This document shows, piece after piece, positions 1 to 12,116 of a stretch of DNA of 41,935 nt (positions are counted from its first letter, which is position 1; each line of letters opens with the position of its first letter). The translations under genes and the position numbers were made by a program. The DNA is from Octopus bimaculoides. Lineage: Eukaryota. Location of the stretch: the NCBI RefSeq assembly GCF_001194135.2, contig NC_068992.1:7727704-7769638 (forward strand), written 5' to 3'. The notes below the pieces were generated by a model. It made no database searches. It was given only the letters and a program-made list of their open reading frames with translations, and was not told where the DNA came from.

Positions 1-110
1 ATGTATATATATAAAGAACAAGTAGAAAGATAAATATTATTCAAAGAATAGATCAGTATCTATGCGTTGAATAAAATTTATCTTTCTACTTGTTCTACCA
101 TACATTTCAG

Positions 111-236
111 GATCTACTTTCTTTTTATCCTTTCGGAATCGATAAAATAGGTATCAGTTAAACACTGAGGTCGATGTAATCTACTTAGGCCCTCTCCCGA
201 AATTACTGGCTTTGCCCCAAAATTTGAAACTTATAT
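111..236 (+). mobile_element. Family C SINE, 5'-truncated decayed copy
   Basis: Has the family C body (ttatcctttcggaatcgataaaataggtatcagtt...gaggtcgatgtaatc) and the tail aaattactggctttgccccaaaatttgaaac seen in other copies. Confidence 0.7.
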
Positions 237-239
237 TCC

Positions 240-925
240 ATTGATGAGTCAACAGACTTCAGCAGAATTAAGTCAATCATAATATGCCTTATTTTCATCC
301 CTGAAGGAATAATCAAGGAGTCTGTAATCGGATTTAATACAAACGTTTTCTACTGAAGGAAATATTCATTACAAGTTAGTCAAAAGTGTACCCTGAGAGC
401 TGTAATTGAAACTTGACAAACTTGCTGGCAAATGTTTTGATAACGTAGCAAATATGAACGGTATTCATAAAGGTTTGGCAACAAAAATAAATGTTTGTTA
501 CCCGCTTGCTATTTATATATCTTGTTGTGGGTATTTGAAATATTGCTACTAAAAGATACAATGATAGATATTGAATTGCTCCGTAGTGTTTTAGAAGCTA
601 TTCGAAGACTCCTACAACTTCCTAGAGGCCAGTTTCCAATGACATACTGAAAGAATAATGTCGACGTAGATCGAATTACACAGAAACTTAAGTCTTTAAA
701 TTTAAGAAAATGATCTTGTACATACGAAGAAGTAAAAGTTGCAGGAAGCAGTTATCTTGTATCATAAAGGCATTACTTGACTTGAAAGTTGATCGAGACA
801 CCAAAACATATAGATAGCAGTACATTATTGACTGCTAAATGCCATTTTGACTTCTTAACTGGATCGGATGTGCTGAAAATAATACTGTAAAATACAAGCA
901 GCCTCGGCAAATCAGCAAATTGCTC
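240..925 (+). pseudogene. Fossil hAT-superfamily (ZMYM1-like) transposase fragment
   Basis: Manual translation across frameshifts and stops: IDESTDFSRIKSIIICLIF..IKESVIGF (from 240); LKLDKLAGKCFDNVANMNGIHKGLATKINVCYPLAIYISC (406-525); LKDTMIDIELLRSVL; YNFLEAS; KSLNLRK*SC. These are collinear with recalled hAT motifs DE(T/S)xD, GQCYDGAANMSGxHKG, PLAIYVHC, YNFLEASPKR and LKSLSxTRWS. Confidence 0.8.
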
Positions 926-930
926 TCCAC

Positions 931-1316
931 CGGTGGTTCTCAACCATTCTATTTTTTAAAAACTTATGGACCCTTTTCATTCCTATTTTACTTGGTGGAC
1001 CCTCCTAGCAATTCTTTCTCCGTTTTTTCCTCTGTTTACACGAACGTTTTTCTACTTTTCGGACAAAACCTTTTGTAACCTTCGTCCTGTCTTTGTCCTT
1101 ACATGTTTTTGATTGATATTAGCCCTTGTGGCCAATAAAACGAATTAATTATTATTATTATTATTACATTTTTATGATTAAATATTATTAGGAATTGTTT
1201 AAAAAAAATTAAAATATTTTGTGTATTGTAGAAGTATAAAACATTAATTACATAAATTTCAATAAAATCTTATATGGACCCACAAGGACCATATAAATCT
1301 TGGTTGGGAAACATGG
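931..1316. mobile_element. Charlie-like hAT MITE, interrupted by element D
   Basis: Left end cggtggttctcaacc (931-945) and right end ggttgggaaacatgg (1302-1316) resemble CAGTGGTTCTCAACC-type TIRs. Degenerate 8-bp flanks ctctccac / ctctggaa resemble the NTCTAGAN target. Confidence 0.65.
1012..1165 (+). mobile_element. Element D (about 150 bp retroposon 3' piece with (ATT)n tail), copy 1
   Basis: Near-identical to 38719-38864; ends agcccttgtggccaataaaacgaatt(att)n. Confidence 0.75.
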
Positions 1317-1393
1317 CTCTGGAAAAGAAAAAAAGAAACTGTCTATTTAACAACAGGTATAAGAGTTGCAAAATACTAAAAATAAAATACTAA

Positions 1394-1803
1394 GCGTAGC
1401 TGTGAAGTAAGAATCTTGCTTCCCAATCATATGGTTCCGGGTTCAGTCCTACTGCATGGCACCTTGAGCGAGTGTCTTCTACTAAAACCTCGGGCTGACA
1501 CAAAGCCTAGTGAGAAGATTTTGTACACGGAAACTGAAAGGAGCTCGTCGTATATATATATATATATATATATATGAGTGTGTGTGTTTGTGTGTGTTTG
1601 TTCCCCACCACCGCTTGATAACCAATGTTGCTGTGTTTACTTCTATATAACCTAGCGGTTCGGCAAAAGAGACCGATACAATAAGAACCAGGCTTTACAA
1701 AAAAATAAGTACCGAGGTCGATCCATTCGACCAAGACAAATCGCTCAAGGCGGTACCCCAGCATAACCGGAGTCTGATGACTGAAACAAGTAAAAGATAA
1801 AAG
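1394..1803 (+). mobile_element. Family B SINE (tRNA-like head, CORE-like block, internal microsatellite), full length
   Basis: Head with B-box-like ggttcagtcc; CORE-like gcaccttgagcgagtgtcttctac; internal (TA)n(TG)n; tail gactgaaacaagtaaaagataaaag. About 12 related copies in the window. Confidence 0.85.
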
Positions 1804-1983
1804 AAATGAAGAAAATTCTTAGAAAACATTGAGATTTTTTTTAATGCTTTAAAAATATTTGGTACAAAATATTTAATGAAAGTAGCAAAGAAATCACCCA
1901 TTATCTATGATAATCTTTCAAGGAAGCAGTAACGCTACAAGGGAGAAGAGTGTCTCATCGTCTGCAAGTTCTGGCTGATGTAT

Positions 1984-2088
1984 TAGCAACAGAAGTGGTA
2001 CTTGCCCAAGATGCAACCTAGTGGGACTGAACACGAAACCACTTGGTCACGAAGCGAACTTCTTCACTACACAGTCATACCGGCGTCT
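1984..2088 (-). mobile_element. Family B SINE head fragment
   Basis: Reverse complement matches the B head and CORE-like block (cttgcccaag...gtgggactgaac...cttcttcactacacagtcat). Confidence 0.65.
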
Positions 2089-2099
2089 AAGCAACGCCA

Positions 2100-3062
2100 T
2101 ATCTTCTCTCTCTCTCTCTCCCTTTCCACCTCACTCTCTCTCTCTCGCTACATTTATTCTATCTATTGTCAGTCTATCTCTCTGTCTATGTTGTATTTGT
2201 CTTCTTCCCAATTCTTTCCGATTTCCCTGGCCTTCTTTAAACATTCTTCACATATCCCATTACCTCTTTTCATTATTTTTGTTTTATTTTATTATCCTGA
2301 CCATTTCTCTCTCTCTCTCACCATTCTCTCCCACCAGCCTTGACCAAACTGTCATACCAAACTTCCCTAAAGTCGCCACTCTCCTCGTCAAAGTAATCTG
2401 ATCCGCTCATTGCTACATTAATTTATTGTTAATTGCTCTACTTAATCTCTCCAAAACCTGTCGTCTGCTCAATCAATTTTTGTTTCTACTTCATTTACAA
2501 CGTTGTTATTGTTGTAGTTTTTGTTCATGTAGTTGTTGTTGTCGTGTAGCCCCGGTCAGTTCAGCTGAAGCCCCAAATATAATTTCATTGTTGACGGCTG
2601 GTGGTTTTCATTTTTTTATTTTTTAAATCTGATTTTTTTTTATTGCTGTTTTTTTGTTTTTGTTTTAGGGTTGAACTTCCATTTTTATTCTCTGTATTCT
2701 TCATCATTCACTAATAAAACAGTTAGTTGTAAATGTATGTATGTATGTATGCATGCATGCATATATATATATAAGATACACACACACGTGTGTGTGTGAG
2801 AGAGTGTGTATGTGTATACGGGTATATATATGCGTATATATGTATAGATACACACACATATATATACATATATAATAAATGCACACACATACATACATAC
2901 AGACATTACCGCGCGCACACACGCACATATATTGCAACTTGTCAAAGCAGTGGCGCCTCGGGTTATCACTTCTTTCACCATCATTTTCTTCTTCTTCTTC
3001 TTCTTCTTCTTCAGTCAAAATCGTTATCGTCTTCCACCTCTTCGTTTCCATCACCACCACAG
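2100..3062. repeat. Compound microsatellite/low-complexity tract: (CT)n, (TTG)n, (TATG)n, (CA)n, (TTC)n
   Basis: Seen directly; explains the overlapping low-complexity ORFs. Confidence 0.9.
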
Positions 3063-3102
3063 TACTAACGAATAAAGGGAGTCTTTTATCTTATTACTTG
3101 AC

Positions 3103-3296
3103 CTTCTATAAATAGCACCCAAAATCTCTTCAATAATTTCTCCACCATCAGATCTGGCGATTTCTAAGACAAGCACTACGCGATTGTCACGGAATTTTCG
3201 TGAGAGAAATACGAAGGTGTTTTTTTCAATACCTTCCTCCGACTGAACACTATCTTTTCGGATAGATTCAGACAGGTACACCAACCCTACCCGGGA
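3103..3296 (-). CDS. Candidate internal exon of an unidentified gene (SRVGLVYLSESIRK...GEIIEEILGAIYR)
   Basis: Long pyrimidine tract then ...ctaaag| acceptor; 194 nt open in one frame only; weak donor |gtcaag (alternative |gtaata 5 nt further). No homology recognised. Confidence 0.3.
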
Positions 3297-4750
3297 CTTT
3301 AGATCGTAAAGAGTCGGAAAGAAAAGAAGAAAGAAAGCAGAACCAAAAAAGTTCTGGCACTGTCAGTCTATATATCACTGGCGGGGAGATGAATCGTAGC
3401 TCTTTCTAGCAGTCGAGTGTCCATCATTGACGAGACCTAACAAGGTTGAAATCACGCGATCTGGTGGTCTCAGCACTAGATGTAGCGGGGATTTGCCTGC
3501 CTGCTAGCTATATAAACAAGAGTGTATTTTGTACCAAAAGGACAATGTGAGAGTTTCTCTCATAGCAACTACTGCAGTAAAATTTGTTCTAGTAGAACAT
3601 TCACGTTTAGGTAAGGATAAATATTATCTCTCGGTATTATTATTACCTCTGTTTCTAATATATACTATCATAACTGTCAACTCTGCGCCCTCTAATTCCA
3701 ATAGTAGTATTACCATCATTACGCCAATAGTATTTTCTACCACTACCGACATCATCATTGTCACCGCTACAGTCACCACCATATAAAGATATAGAACATT
3801 CTGATATAAAGATACAGAATTTATAAAGATATTATAATATAAAGATATAAATAGATGTCGAAATACATACAACTGTTTACACACACTCACTTGGAAGTAA
3901 CGCTAAATAATATGTGGTTCTGTACGAGTTTGAATTTAAAGTGCATGGCCAGGCTTTAAAACCAAATACAACAACGCGTTCGTGTACCAGCGTTAACCTG
4001 AGAGCTGATACAAGTTTTGAAATATAACTTGAGACTATACGCTTGAGTATCAAGAAAAATGTGTTATTTTCAATTTTCTTAAACGAATTCCGTTTTTAAA
4101 TTCTTAACTTTAAACATTTCTTTTAAATTTCCCATGCGCTGTCTCCAAGTAATTTCTAATTTCACCTATAGTGGGCCATAAAGTCAAAAAGACTGAGAAA
4201 TAGTTGGTCCCTGTGCATTTCTCCTTCGTTGGCTTAAAACTATTTATTGTATTTTATTGATGCTGATCTGTAATTCCAGTGTAAGTCAAATAGATCTACG
4301 AGCAAAATCATTCTTATTGCGACCATTGCATCTTTTAAGGCGGAAAAGTATGATCTGAGAGACATTTGGCTGTTATTTTTACAAAACCGATCGTTATTTC
4401 TACAACTCTAAATTCGTAGTTTGACTCCATTATTTATAGAAAGTACTGGAATGGAATCTTTTATAACATCTCCTCGGCGGAAAGATTGTCCATCACAGAG
4501 AAAATAAGAACAGACATGCTTTGTCTATATTGCCGTTGTGAACTTATTTATTTACTTAAGCATAAGATAAATATACGGATGTTTTTTCCAACAGGGACAT
4601 TTTCAGCATTTGACACAAACATATACGTTGACATACATACGACATTTCTCTTGTTTGGCTGCCTGCCTGCCTGCCTGCTTGCCTGGTTGGTTGGTTGGGT
4701 GGCTGGCTGGGCATCTTTAGTCTTTTCCTTCTCTTTTCGTACATCTTTAC

Positions 4751-4823
4751 CAGATGATACAAACCAATCGTCATTGAAATGTAATTCTTTTACTTCAGAT
4801 GACAGATTCACAAATTTGGATAC
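4751..4823 (-). CDS. Candidate small exon (VSKFVNLSSEVKELHFNDDWFVSS)
   Basis: gtgtttaag| acceptor, tctg|gtaaag donor, 73 nt, one open frame. No homology recognised. Confidence 0.2.
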
Positions 4824-4928
4824 CTTAAACACATTTATATAAATATTATACACACACTCATATACACTTGTGTGTAAGTACCTTTCTTTGTGAGTGTGAG
4901 TCTGTGTGTGCATGTATGTATGTACATC

Positions 4929-4964
<36 letters not shown>

Positions 4965-5001
4965 CATACATACATTTATATGTATATACATATGTGTATG
5001 T

Positions 5002-5210
5002 GTGGAGGCGCAATGGCCCAGTGGTTAGGGCAGCGGACTCGCGGTCATAGGATCGCGGTTTCGATTCTCAGACCGGGCGTTGTGTGTGTTTATTGAGCGA
5101 AAACACCTAAAGTTCCACGAGGCTCCGGTAGGGGATGGTGGCGAACCCTGCTGTACTCTTTCACCACAACTTTCTCTCACTCTTACTTCCTGTTTCTGTT
5201 GTATCTGTAT
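5002..5210 (+). mobile_element. Family A SINE (tRNA-Arg-like head), 3'-truncated
   Basis: gtggaggcgcaatggcccagtggttagggcagcggactcgcggtcatagg...gtttcgattc: A/B-box-like motifs and TCG at the anticodon position; same sequence as the other A copies. Confidence 0.9.
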
Positions 5211-5454
5211 ACACACACACACACACATACACATACGCCACTATCATCCCTATCAACACCCCCTACTACAACCGCCCACTACCACCACCAAGACCAACAC
5301 TACACTCCCCATCAATATCACTCCTAGCATCACACACGCACCGCCTACACTAACACCAACACAATCACGTCTTTGCTACCCCAAAATACTCGCGCCTACA
5401 AATATCGCACCACAGACGTTCATGTGAAAGTGAAGTGAACGGGGGGGGGGACCT

Positions 5455-5600
5455 TGATTTAGGTCCTTAACACGCTAGAGACAGCAGTCAACACTCCCCG
5501 AGAACACACCTAGACAATGGCTATTGCATGAAGACGGAGTGGTTATGGCCGGAATGCCTTTGATGAAAAAATCTGTCGTACCAGAACCGATATCTAAATA
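5455..5600 (+). mobile_element. Decayed family E repeat
   Basis: ggagtggttatggccggaatgcctttgat resembles gccggaatgatcatag at about 33980; related fragments at 10040-10100, 11098-11210, 33865-34030 and, reversed, 2525-2575, 4320-4395, 31695-31775. Confidence 0.55.
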
Positions 5601-5664
5601 TCACTATCACCGTCGCCGTCCTCTTCATAATCATCGTCCTCAATCCTCATCATCATCATCATCA

Positions 5665-6156
5665 NNNNNNNNNNNNNNNNNNNNNNNNNNNNNNNNNNNN
5701 NNNNNNNNNNNNNNNNNNNNNNNNNNNNNNNNNNNNNNNNNNNNNNNNNNNNNNNNNNNNNNNNNNNNNNNNNNNNNNNNNNNNNNNNNNNNNNNNNNNN
5801 NNNNNNNNNNNNNNNNNNNNNNNNNNNNNNNNNNNNNNNNNNNNNNNNNNNNNNNNNNNNNNNNNNNNNNNNNNNNNNNNNNNNNNNNNNNNNNNNNNNN
5901 NNNNNNNNNNNNNNNNNNNNNNNNNNNNNNNNNNNNNNNNNNNNNNNNNNNNNNNNNNNNNNNNNNNNNNNNNNNNNNNNNNNNNNNNNNNNNNNNNNNN
6001 NNNNNNNNNNNNNNNNNNNNNNNNNNNNNNNNNNNNNNNNNNNNNNNNNNNNNNNNNNNNNNNNNNNNNNNNNNNNNNNNNNNNNNNNNNNNNNNNNNNN
6101 NNNNNNNNNNNNNNNNNNNNNNNNNNNNNNNNNNNNNNNNNNNNNNNNNNNNNNNN
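5665..6156. other. Assembly gap (N run); other gaps at 9304-9352, 18818-18826, 19105-19114, 24006-24312, 31186-31552, 35413-36146, 37418-37678
   Basis: N runs, mostly flanked by microsatellites. Confidence 0.99.
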
Positions 6157-6283
6157 TTTACATGTACAGACATATTTATCATCTTCCTTTTCCTCTCTCA
6201 TACCAGTAAACGCATCAAAATATTGAATGACATCCTTTGCTAAGAACATTATCCATTATTTGCAGACATTCTCCATTCTTTGC

Positions 6284-6997
6284 ACCACCACCACCACCAC
6301 CACCACCACTACTACTATTACTACTACTACTACTACTACTTGTCACCATCCTTGTCACCATCACCGTCTTTGACACAAAAATACCGCGCTTTGCCATCAT
6401 TACCAGCCTTGCTGCCACGACCATCACCACTGCGATGACGGCAAACAACGACCACCAGGGCCATCATCACCATCATCATCATCACCTCCACTATCTGCTG
6501 TTACACACACGCACACGCACACAACCACTCTCACCATCACGACCAGCACGTCCGTCCCCACCTTTGCCACTCCGCTCATCTTCGCTGTCCTTTTTGTCAT
6601 CGTAAACCATCCTAGCTACCAACAACAACAGCAACAATAACAACAACACTGCGATCTTTGGCACTACAGCCACCATCACAGCAACCCCTGTCATCACAAA
6701 CATCCTTGTGTTCCCCCCACCATACCCATTATCCTTGTCATCGCGACTGTCCTATCCAACACCGCCACCACCATCATCGTCCTTCTCATCACGCCTCCAT
6801 GACCATCATTCTGGTAACCACTACCATCCTTGTCAATACCATCCCTACCTGCATCAAGACCACCATTCTTGCAACCGCAGCCGCCGCCACAACCACCACC
6901 ACCACCACCGTAGGGAACACAATCGCCAGCCTCCATCTTCGTCATCGTGTTTCTCACCACAAACATCGCCATTCTTACAATTTACCGCTACCACTAC

Positions 6998-7028
<31 letters not shown>

Positions 7029-7055
7029 TAACGCCTACGACCCCACACTAACCAC
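6284..7055. repeat. Decayed (CAC/CAT/TAC)n trinucleotide tract
   Basis: Seen directly; similar tracts at 15590-15860, 16345-16520 and 23680-24005. Confidence 0.9.
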
Positions 7056-7266
7056 TGTACCGGGCCCTCTTCCTTAAAACAGCGTCACTGATCTGGAATT
7101 TCACCCCGGCTTGTTTCCCACGCAGCCATTACCGACTTCGGTCAACTGCATTTCTGACAACTTGTGTGGTAAAGGAATCGCCTGTAATTTCAGAAAAATG
7201 TCGCAAGAAACTTCGTTCAAAGAATGTCGAGGTTTCGGTTTTCTTGCCAGTATCGGGTCCTTCACA

Positions 7267-7463
7267 AAGGCAGTGAGCTGGCAGAATCGCTAGCACGCCG
7301 AGCAAAATGCTTAGCGGCATTTCGTCCGTCTTTACGTTCTGAGTTCAAATTCCACCGAGGTTGACTTTGTCTTTCATTCCGTTTAGGCTCAATAAAATAA
7401 GTACCAGTTGTCTTAGCCCCTCCCCCGAACCTGCTCGCTTTCTATCAAAAATTTGAAGCCAAT
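7267..7463 (+). mobile_element. Family C SINE
   Basis: Head aaggcagtgagctggcagaatcgctagcac...B-box gttcaaattcc; body gttgactttgtctttcat...aaataagtaccag. Confidence 0.85.
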
Positions 7464-7820
7464 GTTATGTCTTTCATCGATATACATCGGTAAAAAATAA
7501 GCGCATGCACCCATATGCATTCGCACAAGCATACACGGACACACATACATACACATATTCATATACATATAAGAACCTTCTATGATGTCCCTAACAATAC
7601 CATCCACCAGGTATTGGCCAACAAGAGGAGAAGCTGTAAGAGGATGCTTGCAAATTTATTTACCATACACCTGTTACCAGTTGGTTGGTTGGTTATCTTA
7701 TCGGCCTCGGAAGTATGTAAGGCAAACTGGATTTCTGAGTGTTTTGAACTCAGAACAGAGAGATTCAACTTGATGCTACAATGTCCGTTGCTTTACCAAT
7801 TCTTTAATCATACCTTGTCT

Positions 7821-8201
7821 TGTGGCACTCCGTCGCTTACGACGTTGAGGGTTCCAGTTGATCCGATCAACAGAACAGCCTGCTCGTGAAATTAACGTGC
7901 AAGTGGCTGAGTACTCCACAGACACGTGTACCCTTAACCTAGTTCTCGGGAACATTCAGCGTGACGCAGTGTGACAAGGCTGGCCCTTTGAATTACAGGC
8001 ACAACAGAAACAGGAAGTAAGAGTGAGAGAAAGTTGTGGTGGAAGAGTACAGCAGGGTTCGCCACCATCCCCTGCCGGAGCCTCGTGGAGCTTTAGGTGT
8101 TTTCGCTCAATAAACACTCACAACGCCCGGTCTGGGAATCGAAACCGCGATCCTATGACCGCGAGTCCGCTGCCCTAACCACTGGGCCATTGCGCCTCCA
8201 C
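7821..8201 (-). mobile_element. Family A SINE, full length
   Basis: Aligns end to end with the copies at 19268, 28654 and 32453. Confidence 0.95.
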
Positions 8202-8244
8202 TTTTAATCACACCACAACCATATTAAATGCCACCACTACCTTC

Positions 8245-8516
8245 AGCAGCATTCATTGCTCCTCTACCCGCTTCTCTAACGATATTACGACACCATTCAA
8301 TATTACTCTACTTGCTTCTTCATTGCTATCCCTGCAATATTCAATGGCCCTTCTACCCGCTCCTCTAACGATATTCCAGCAGTATTCCATACCCACCTCT
8401 ACCCGCTTGTCTAACGATATTCCAGCAGCATCCAATCAATATTCCTCTACCCACTTCTCCTTTGATATTCGAGCAGTATTTACTATCTCTTCAACCTGCC
8501 CCACTAATGATATTCT
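8245..8516. repeat. Degenerate minisatellite of about 46 bp, about 6 units
   Basis: Core ctctacccgcttctctaacgatattccagcag recurs at about 8261, 8305, 8352, 8397, 8444 and 8490. Confidence 0.8.
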
Positions 8517-8996
8517 TACAATGTTAACAACCAGGATATCGACACACTCTGAACACGAAACTGCAAACCAGAGAGTACAATTTGTAGAGAGCGACAGGAT
8601 GGCCTGGAATCTGTCGGATTCCCATGCTGGTTATTTTTTTCCTTTAATTTTTATTTTTTCTGGTCTATACTCGGTTTCCATTCTCTATTGAAAAAAGACC
8701 GAACATTTTATAATTCGTTCCTGTAATGCCTCCCTCCTATTCGTCGCCATTGCGACAATGAATAAATCATTGATATTTAGGATGGAGTAGATTAATAAGA
8801 ATGATAAATTAGTTAAATTAAAATTGAATCAATGTCCTCTACCATTCTCAACCTGCTTTCCTCTCTACATTTGTTTCAAGCTTTCTTTCACAATTTCTTT
8901 TCTTTTTTCTGTCATTTTTCTCCGTTTTAATCTTTCTTTTTCACTCTCTTCTCTTTCACTGACTCATTCCCATTCCTCCCGCTATTTAAGAAAGCT

Positions 8997-9173
8997 TATG
9001 TATGTATGTATGTATGTATGTATGTATGTATGTATGTATGTATGTATGTATGTATGTGTATATGTGCGCATGTCCGTGTGAATATGAATGTATATATGTA
9101 CGTGTGCATGCATTGTATAAGCACACACATAAATGTATATAGTCCTACACAAACACATACACTTACATATATA

Positions 9174-9227
<54 letters not shown>

Positions 9228-9260
9228 TGCATACATACAAACATACATACATACATACAG
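8997..9260. repeat. (TATG)n/(TA)n/(CA)n microsatellites
   Basis: Seen directly. Confidence 0.95.
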
Positions 9261-9816
9261 CCACACTCGCGCCTAATGGAATCATTTCTTAAAGACAACT
9301 TTANNNNNNNNNNNNNNNNNNNNNNNNNNNNNNNNNNNNNNNNNNNNNNNNNAAATGAACCATTTCCAACTGTGGTTCAAGACCTGATCGTAAACACACT
9401 TTAACCAGAGCATTCTACTTTTTCAACTCTAGTGTCACCCAATTATATCAATTTAACACAGAAGACAAATGAATTGTTTTAATTTCCTTTTACATATTTT
9501 CAAAAGGAACACTTTTATTGGTGAAAGGATGTAAAACTGATTTCTTGGGTCTCCAAGGGACTATGAAGATAGGACAATTAATTTAGTACACCGTTATGAT
9601 GCCTTACTACGAAAAGACGCCAAAATGTCGCATTTTTATTATCCCCTACAGTCTTCGTGGTCAGTATTATAGAAGGTGTGTGTGTGAATATCTGTATGTC
9701 TATGTATGCGTGACGGTAACTTGAAAAGCATTTACTGCTAAACCTATTATTGATAGAAATAGAGAGGAAACGAGAGAGCGAAAGAAAGAAATAAGGTAGA
9801 CGTATACACACCCACA

Positions 9817-9854
<38 letters not shown>

Positions 9855-9916
9855 GCACACAAACATATATACACACACACATACACACGCGCGCACACAC
9901 ACACTCATGTAACTAG

Positions 9917-9992
9917 CTGAATGCAGATAAATACAGATAAATATTGTTGTATTTGGGGATGGTCATGTTGCCAGTTTAGCCAATAAAAATAT
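9917..9992 (+). repeat. Family F interspersed repeat fragment
   Basis: cagataaatattgttgtatttggggatggtcatgttgccagttt is shared with 16878-16950 (cagataatcatattgttatacttggggatggtcatacgttacc). Confidence 0.65.
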
Positions 9993-10099
9993 TTTCTGAT
10001 AAAATCTGTAGTTATCACTTCCAAAACCATTACCATCGGTCGTTCGACTTGCTAAAAATAGCAACCAGATCTTCTCCAAATTATGACTTCCTTGATCGA

Positions 10100-10418
10100 A
10101 AAGAAGGATTCATTGTTTAGCGATGGACTCATCGAAAACGACGAACGAGTGTTCAGCCATTGCTGAACGACCTCCACAAATGATTTGTTTATAGAGATCA
10201 AATGTATGTGCCGTGCATTAACTCACTCTCTCCATCAAATCGGCACCGCCTGAACAAGAGCATGGTGTGTCACATGTCAAGTGTCGAAGTGATTGCTGAG
10301 CAACCTGAAATGAAGTGTTTTGCTCAAGAATACAATGTACCACTCGGTCTGGGAATTGAAACCACGATCTCGCGATCGTGAGAGCAGCACCCTCACTACT
10401 AGGCCATGCGTCCTCACA
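10100..10418 (-). mobile_element. Family G tRNA-derived SINE, followed by a 5' tip of family A (10430-10451)
   Basis: Reverse complement begins tgtgaggacgcatggcctagtagtgagggtgctg...gtttcaattcccagaccgag, a tRNA-like head related to the A head but with a different body. Confidence 0.7.
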
Positions 10419-11399
10419 TATTGTATACACTGGGCCATTGCGCTTCCACTATGCGCCTTCACATACATACATACATACATACATTTATGTATGTTTGTAT
10501 GTATGTAGGTATGTAAGCAATATGTACTAACATATCATGACTCGTCAGCACATTAGCGATTATGTATTGAAATAACATGGAAGACGAAATGTAGCTCTTG
10601 TACAATTCGTTTCAGTCGGTGAACTTGTAAGTTTATAAATATTTACATTGAATTTATTTTCAACAGACATTCGTACTTTACATTAAAGATTTCGAAAAAT
10701 AAACATAGCGTTGAGATTACTTAGACTATCATGTTTAATACGAAAAATAAAATATAATTAGACAAACGATAAAAGCAATACCAAGACAGATTTCGGGTTT
10801 ACACAGTGCAAAGTAATGGTGTCTTTTGGTTACACAGATATGACCTCACCCCCGCCACCTCACTCTTTAGGGTGTGATAAATTGTAAAAGTATAGTATAT
10901 CTGTGTTTAAACAAAGTGAAATGGTGCAGATATAACAAGTACATAACGTGATAATGAAAGTGAGAACCCAGTTGGATGCAAATCAAAGTTTTCCTGTTGA
11001 TGCTTTAGTATTATTACTAGTATATATACTAGTATATATACTTCTACGTGTCACTAACGATAGTATCAGCTTCTCATGAGACGAGATAATGAGGGAAGAC
11101 CTCTACGTGGACTTGTAGAAATAGCAGCTAAATCCGTTTCAAATCAAACTCATCCTATAATTAAAGACGAGATGGATAATGTGGTACTACGTCTTCCTAA
11201 ACAAGACAAACTGGTGATAGTTTGTAGAAAGCTTTTGTTATAAGCAAGGAAAACATGGAGTAAAACAACTATAACTTCTCATAAATTTATTCATGTCGGC
11301 CAGTTAATTTTCACGCATGCGCAAGTTCATGTCTCAGAAGTGTGTTTTGATTTGACTTCAAATTCATTAAATCATGTTATCTCTTTTTCTGAGCTGTTA

Positions 11400-11657
11400 A
11401 GTTAGGGTAACGTAAACAAACAAGCACCGGTTAATAAGCAGTGGGGAGGGGGAGAGGGAAATACAAACACAAAGAGGGACACGCACACACACACACAGGT
11501 GCGCGTGCATATACGACGGGCTTCCAGATAGTTTCCGTCTACCAAATTCACTCATAAGATATTGGTTGGTCCGGTGCAATAGTAGAAGGACCCAAGGTTC
11601 CACAGTGTGGAACTGAAATCGAAACCCTGTGATTGCAAACCGAGCCTCTTAACCACT
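11400..11657 (-). mobile_element. Family B SINE, decayed
   Basis: cgacgggcttcc...gtttccgtctaccaaattcactc...ccaaggttccacagtgtggaactgaa matches B reversed. Confidence 0.75.
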
Positions 11658-11677
11658 TAATGTTCTGCTGACTGAAT

Positions 11678-12116
11678 AAAGTGGCGAGCTGCTAGGATCG
11701 TTGGCACACTGGGCAAATGCTTAGGTGCATTTCGTTCATCCACTCGTTCTGAGTTCAAATTCCGCCGAGGTCGACTTCGCCTTTCATCCTTTCAGGGTCT
11801 ATAAAATAAGTACCAGTTGAATACAGGGTGGATGTAACCGACTTACCCCTCTTCCGACCTTGCTGACCTTGTGCCAAAATTTGAAACCAATGAAGAAAGA
11901 GCTAAGCTAACAAAGTCGTTAGCATACCGGTCAAAAATGCATACCGGCATTTCGTCTGTCTTTACGTTCTAAGTTCAAATTCCGCCAAGGTCGACTTTGC
12001 CCTTCATCCTTTCGGAGTGTGATAAAATAAGTACCAGTGGAGCACTGGGGTCGATGTAATCGACTTACACTCTCCACCGAAATTGCTGGCGTTGTGCCAA
12101 AATTTTGATCCAATAT
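11678..12116 (+). mobile_element. Two tandem family C SINEs (11678-11892 and 11905-12116)
   Basis: Each has gttcaaattccgcc(g/a)aggtcgactt.gcc.ttcatcctttc...aaataagtaccag and a ttgtgccaaaatt tail. Confidence 0.85.

Noticed and set aside
5002-5075. tRNA-Arg(TCG)-like gene
   Set aside because: It is a SINE head that continues into the family A body, with no proper acceptor stem; the same applies to the other heads
5460-5600. Apparent exon or ORF (HEDGVVMAGMPLMKK; antisense IGSGTTDFFIKG)
   Set aside because: The sequence resembles the decayed family E repeat found elsewhere in the window
11015-11038. 20-bp palindrome tactagtatatatactagta
   Set aside because: Explained by tandem duplication of the low-complexity self-complementary unit tactagtatata
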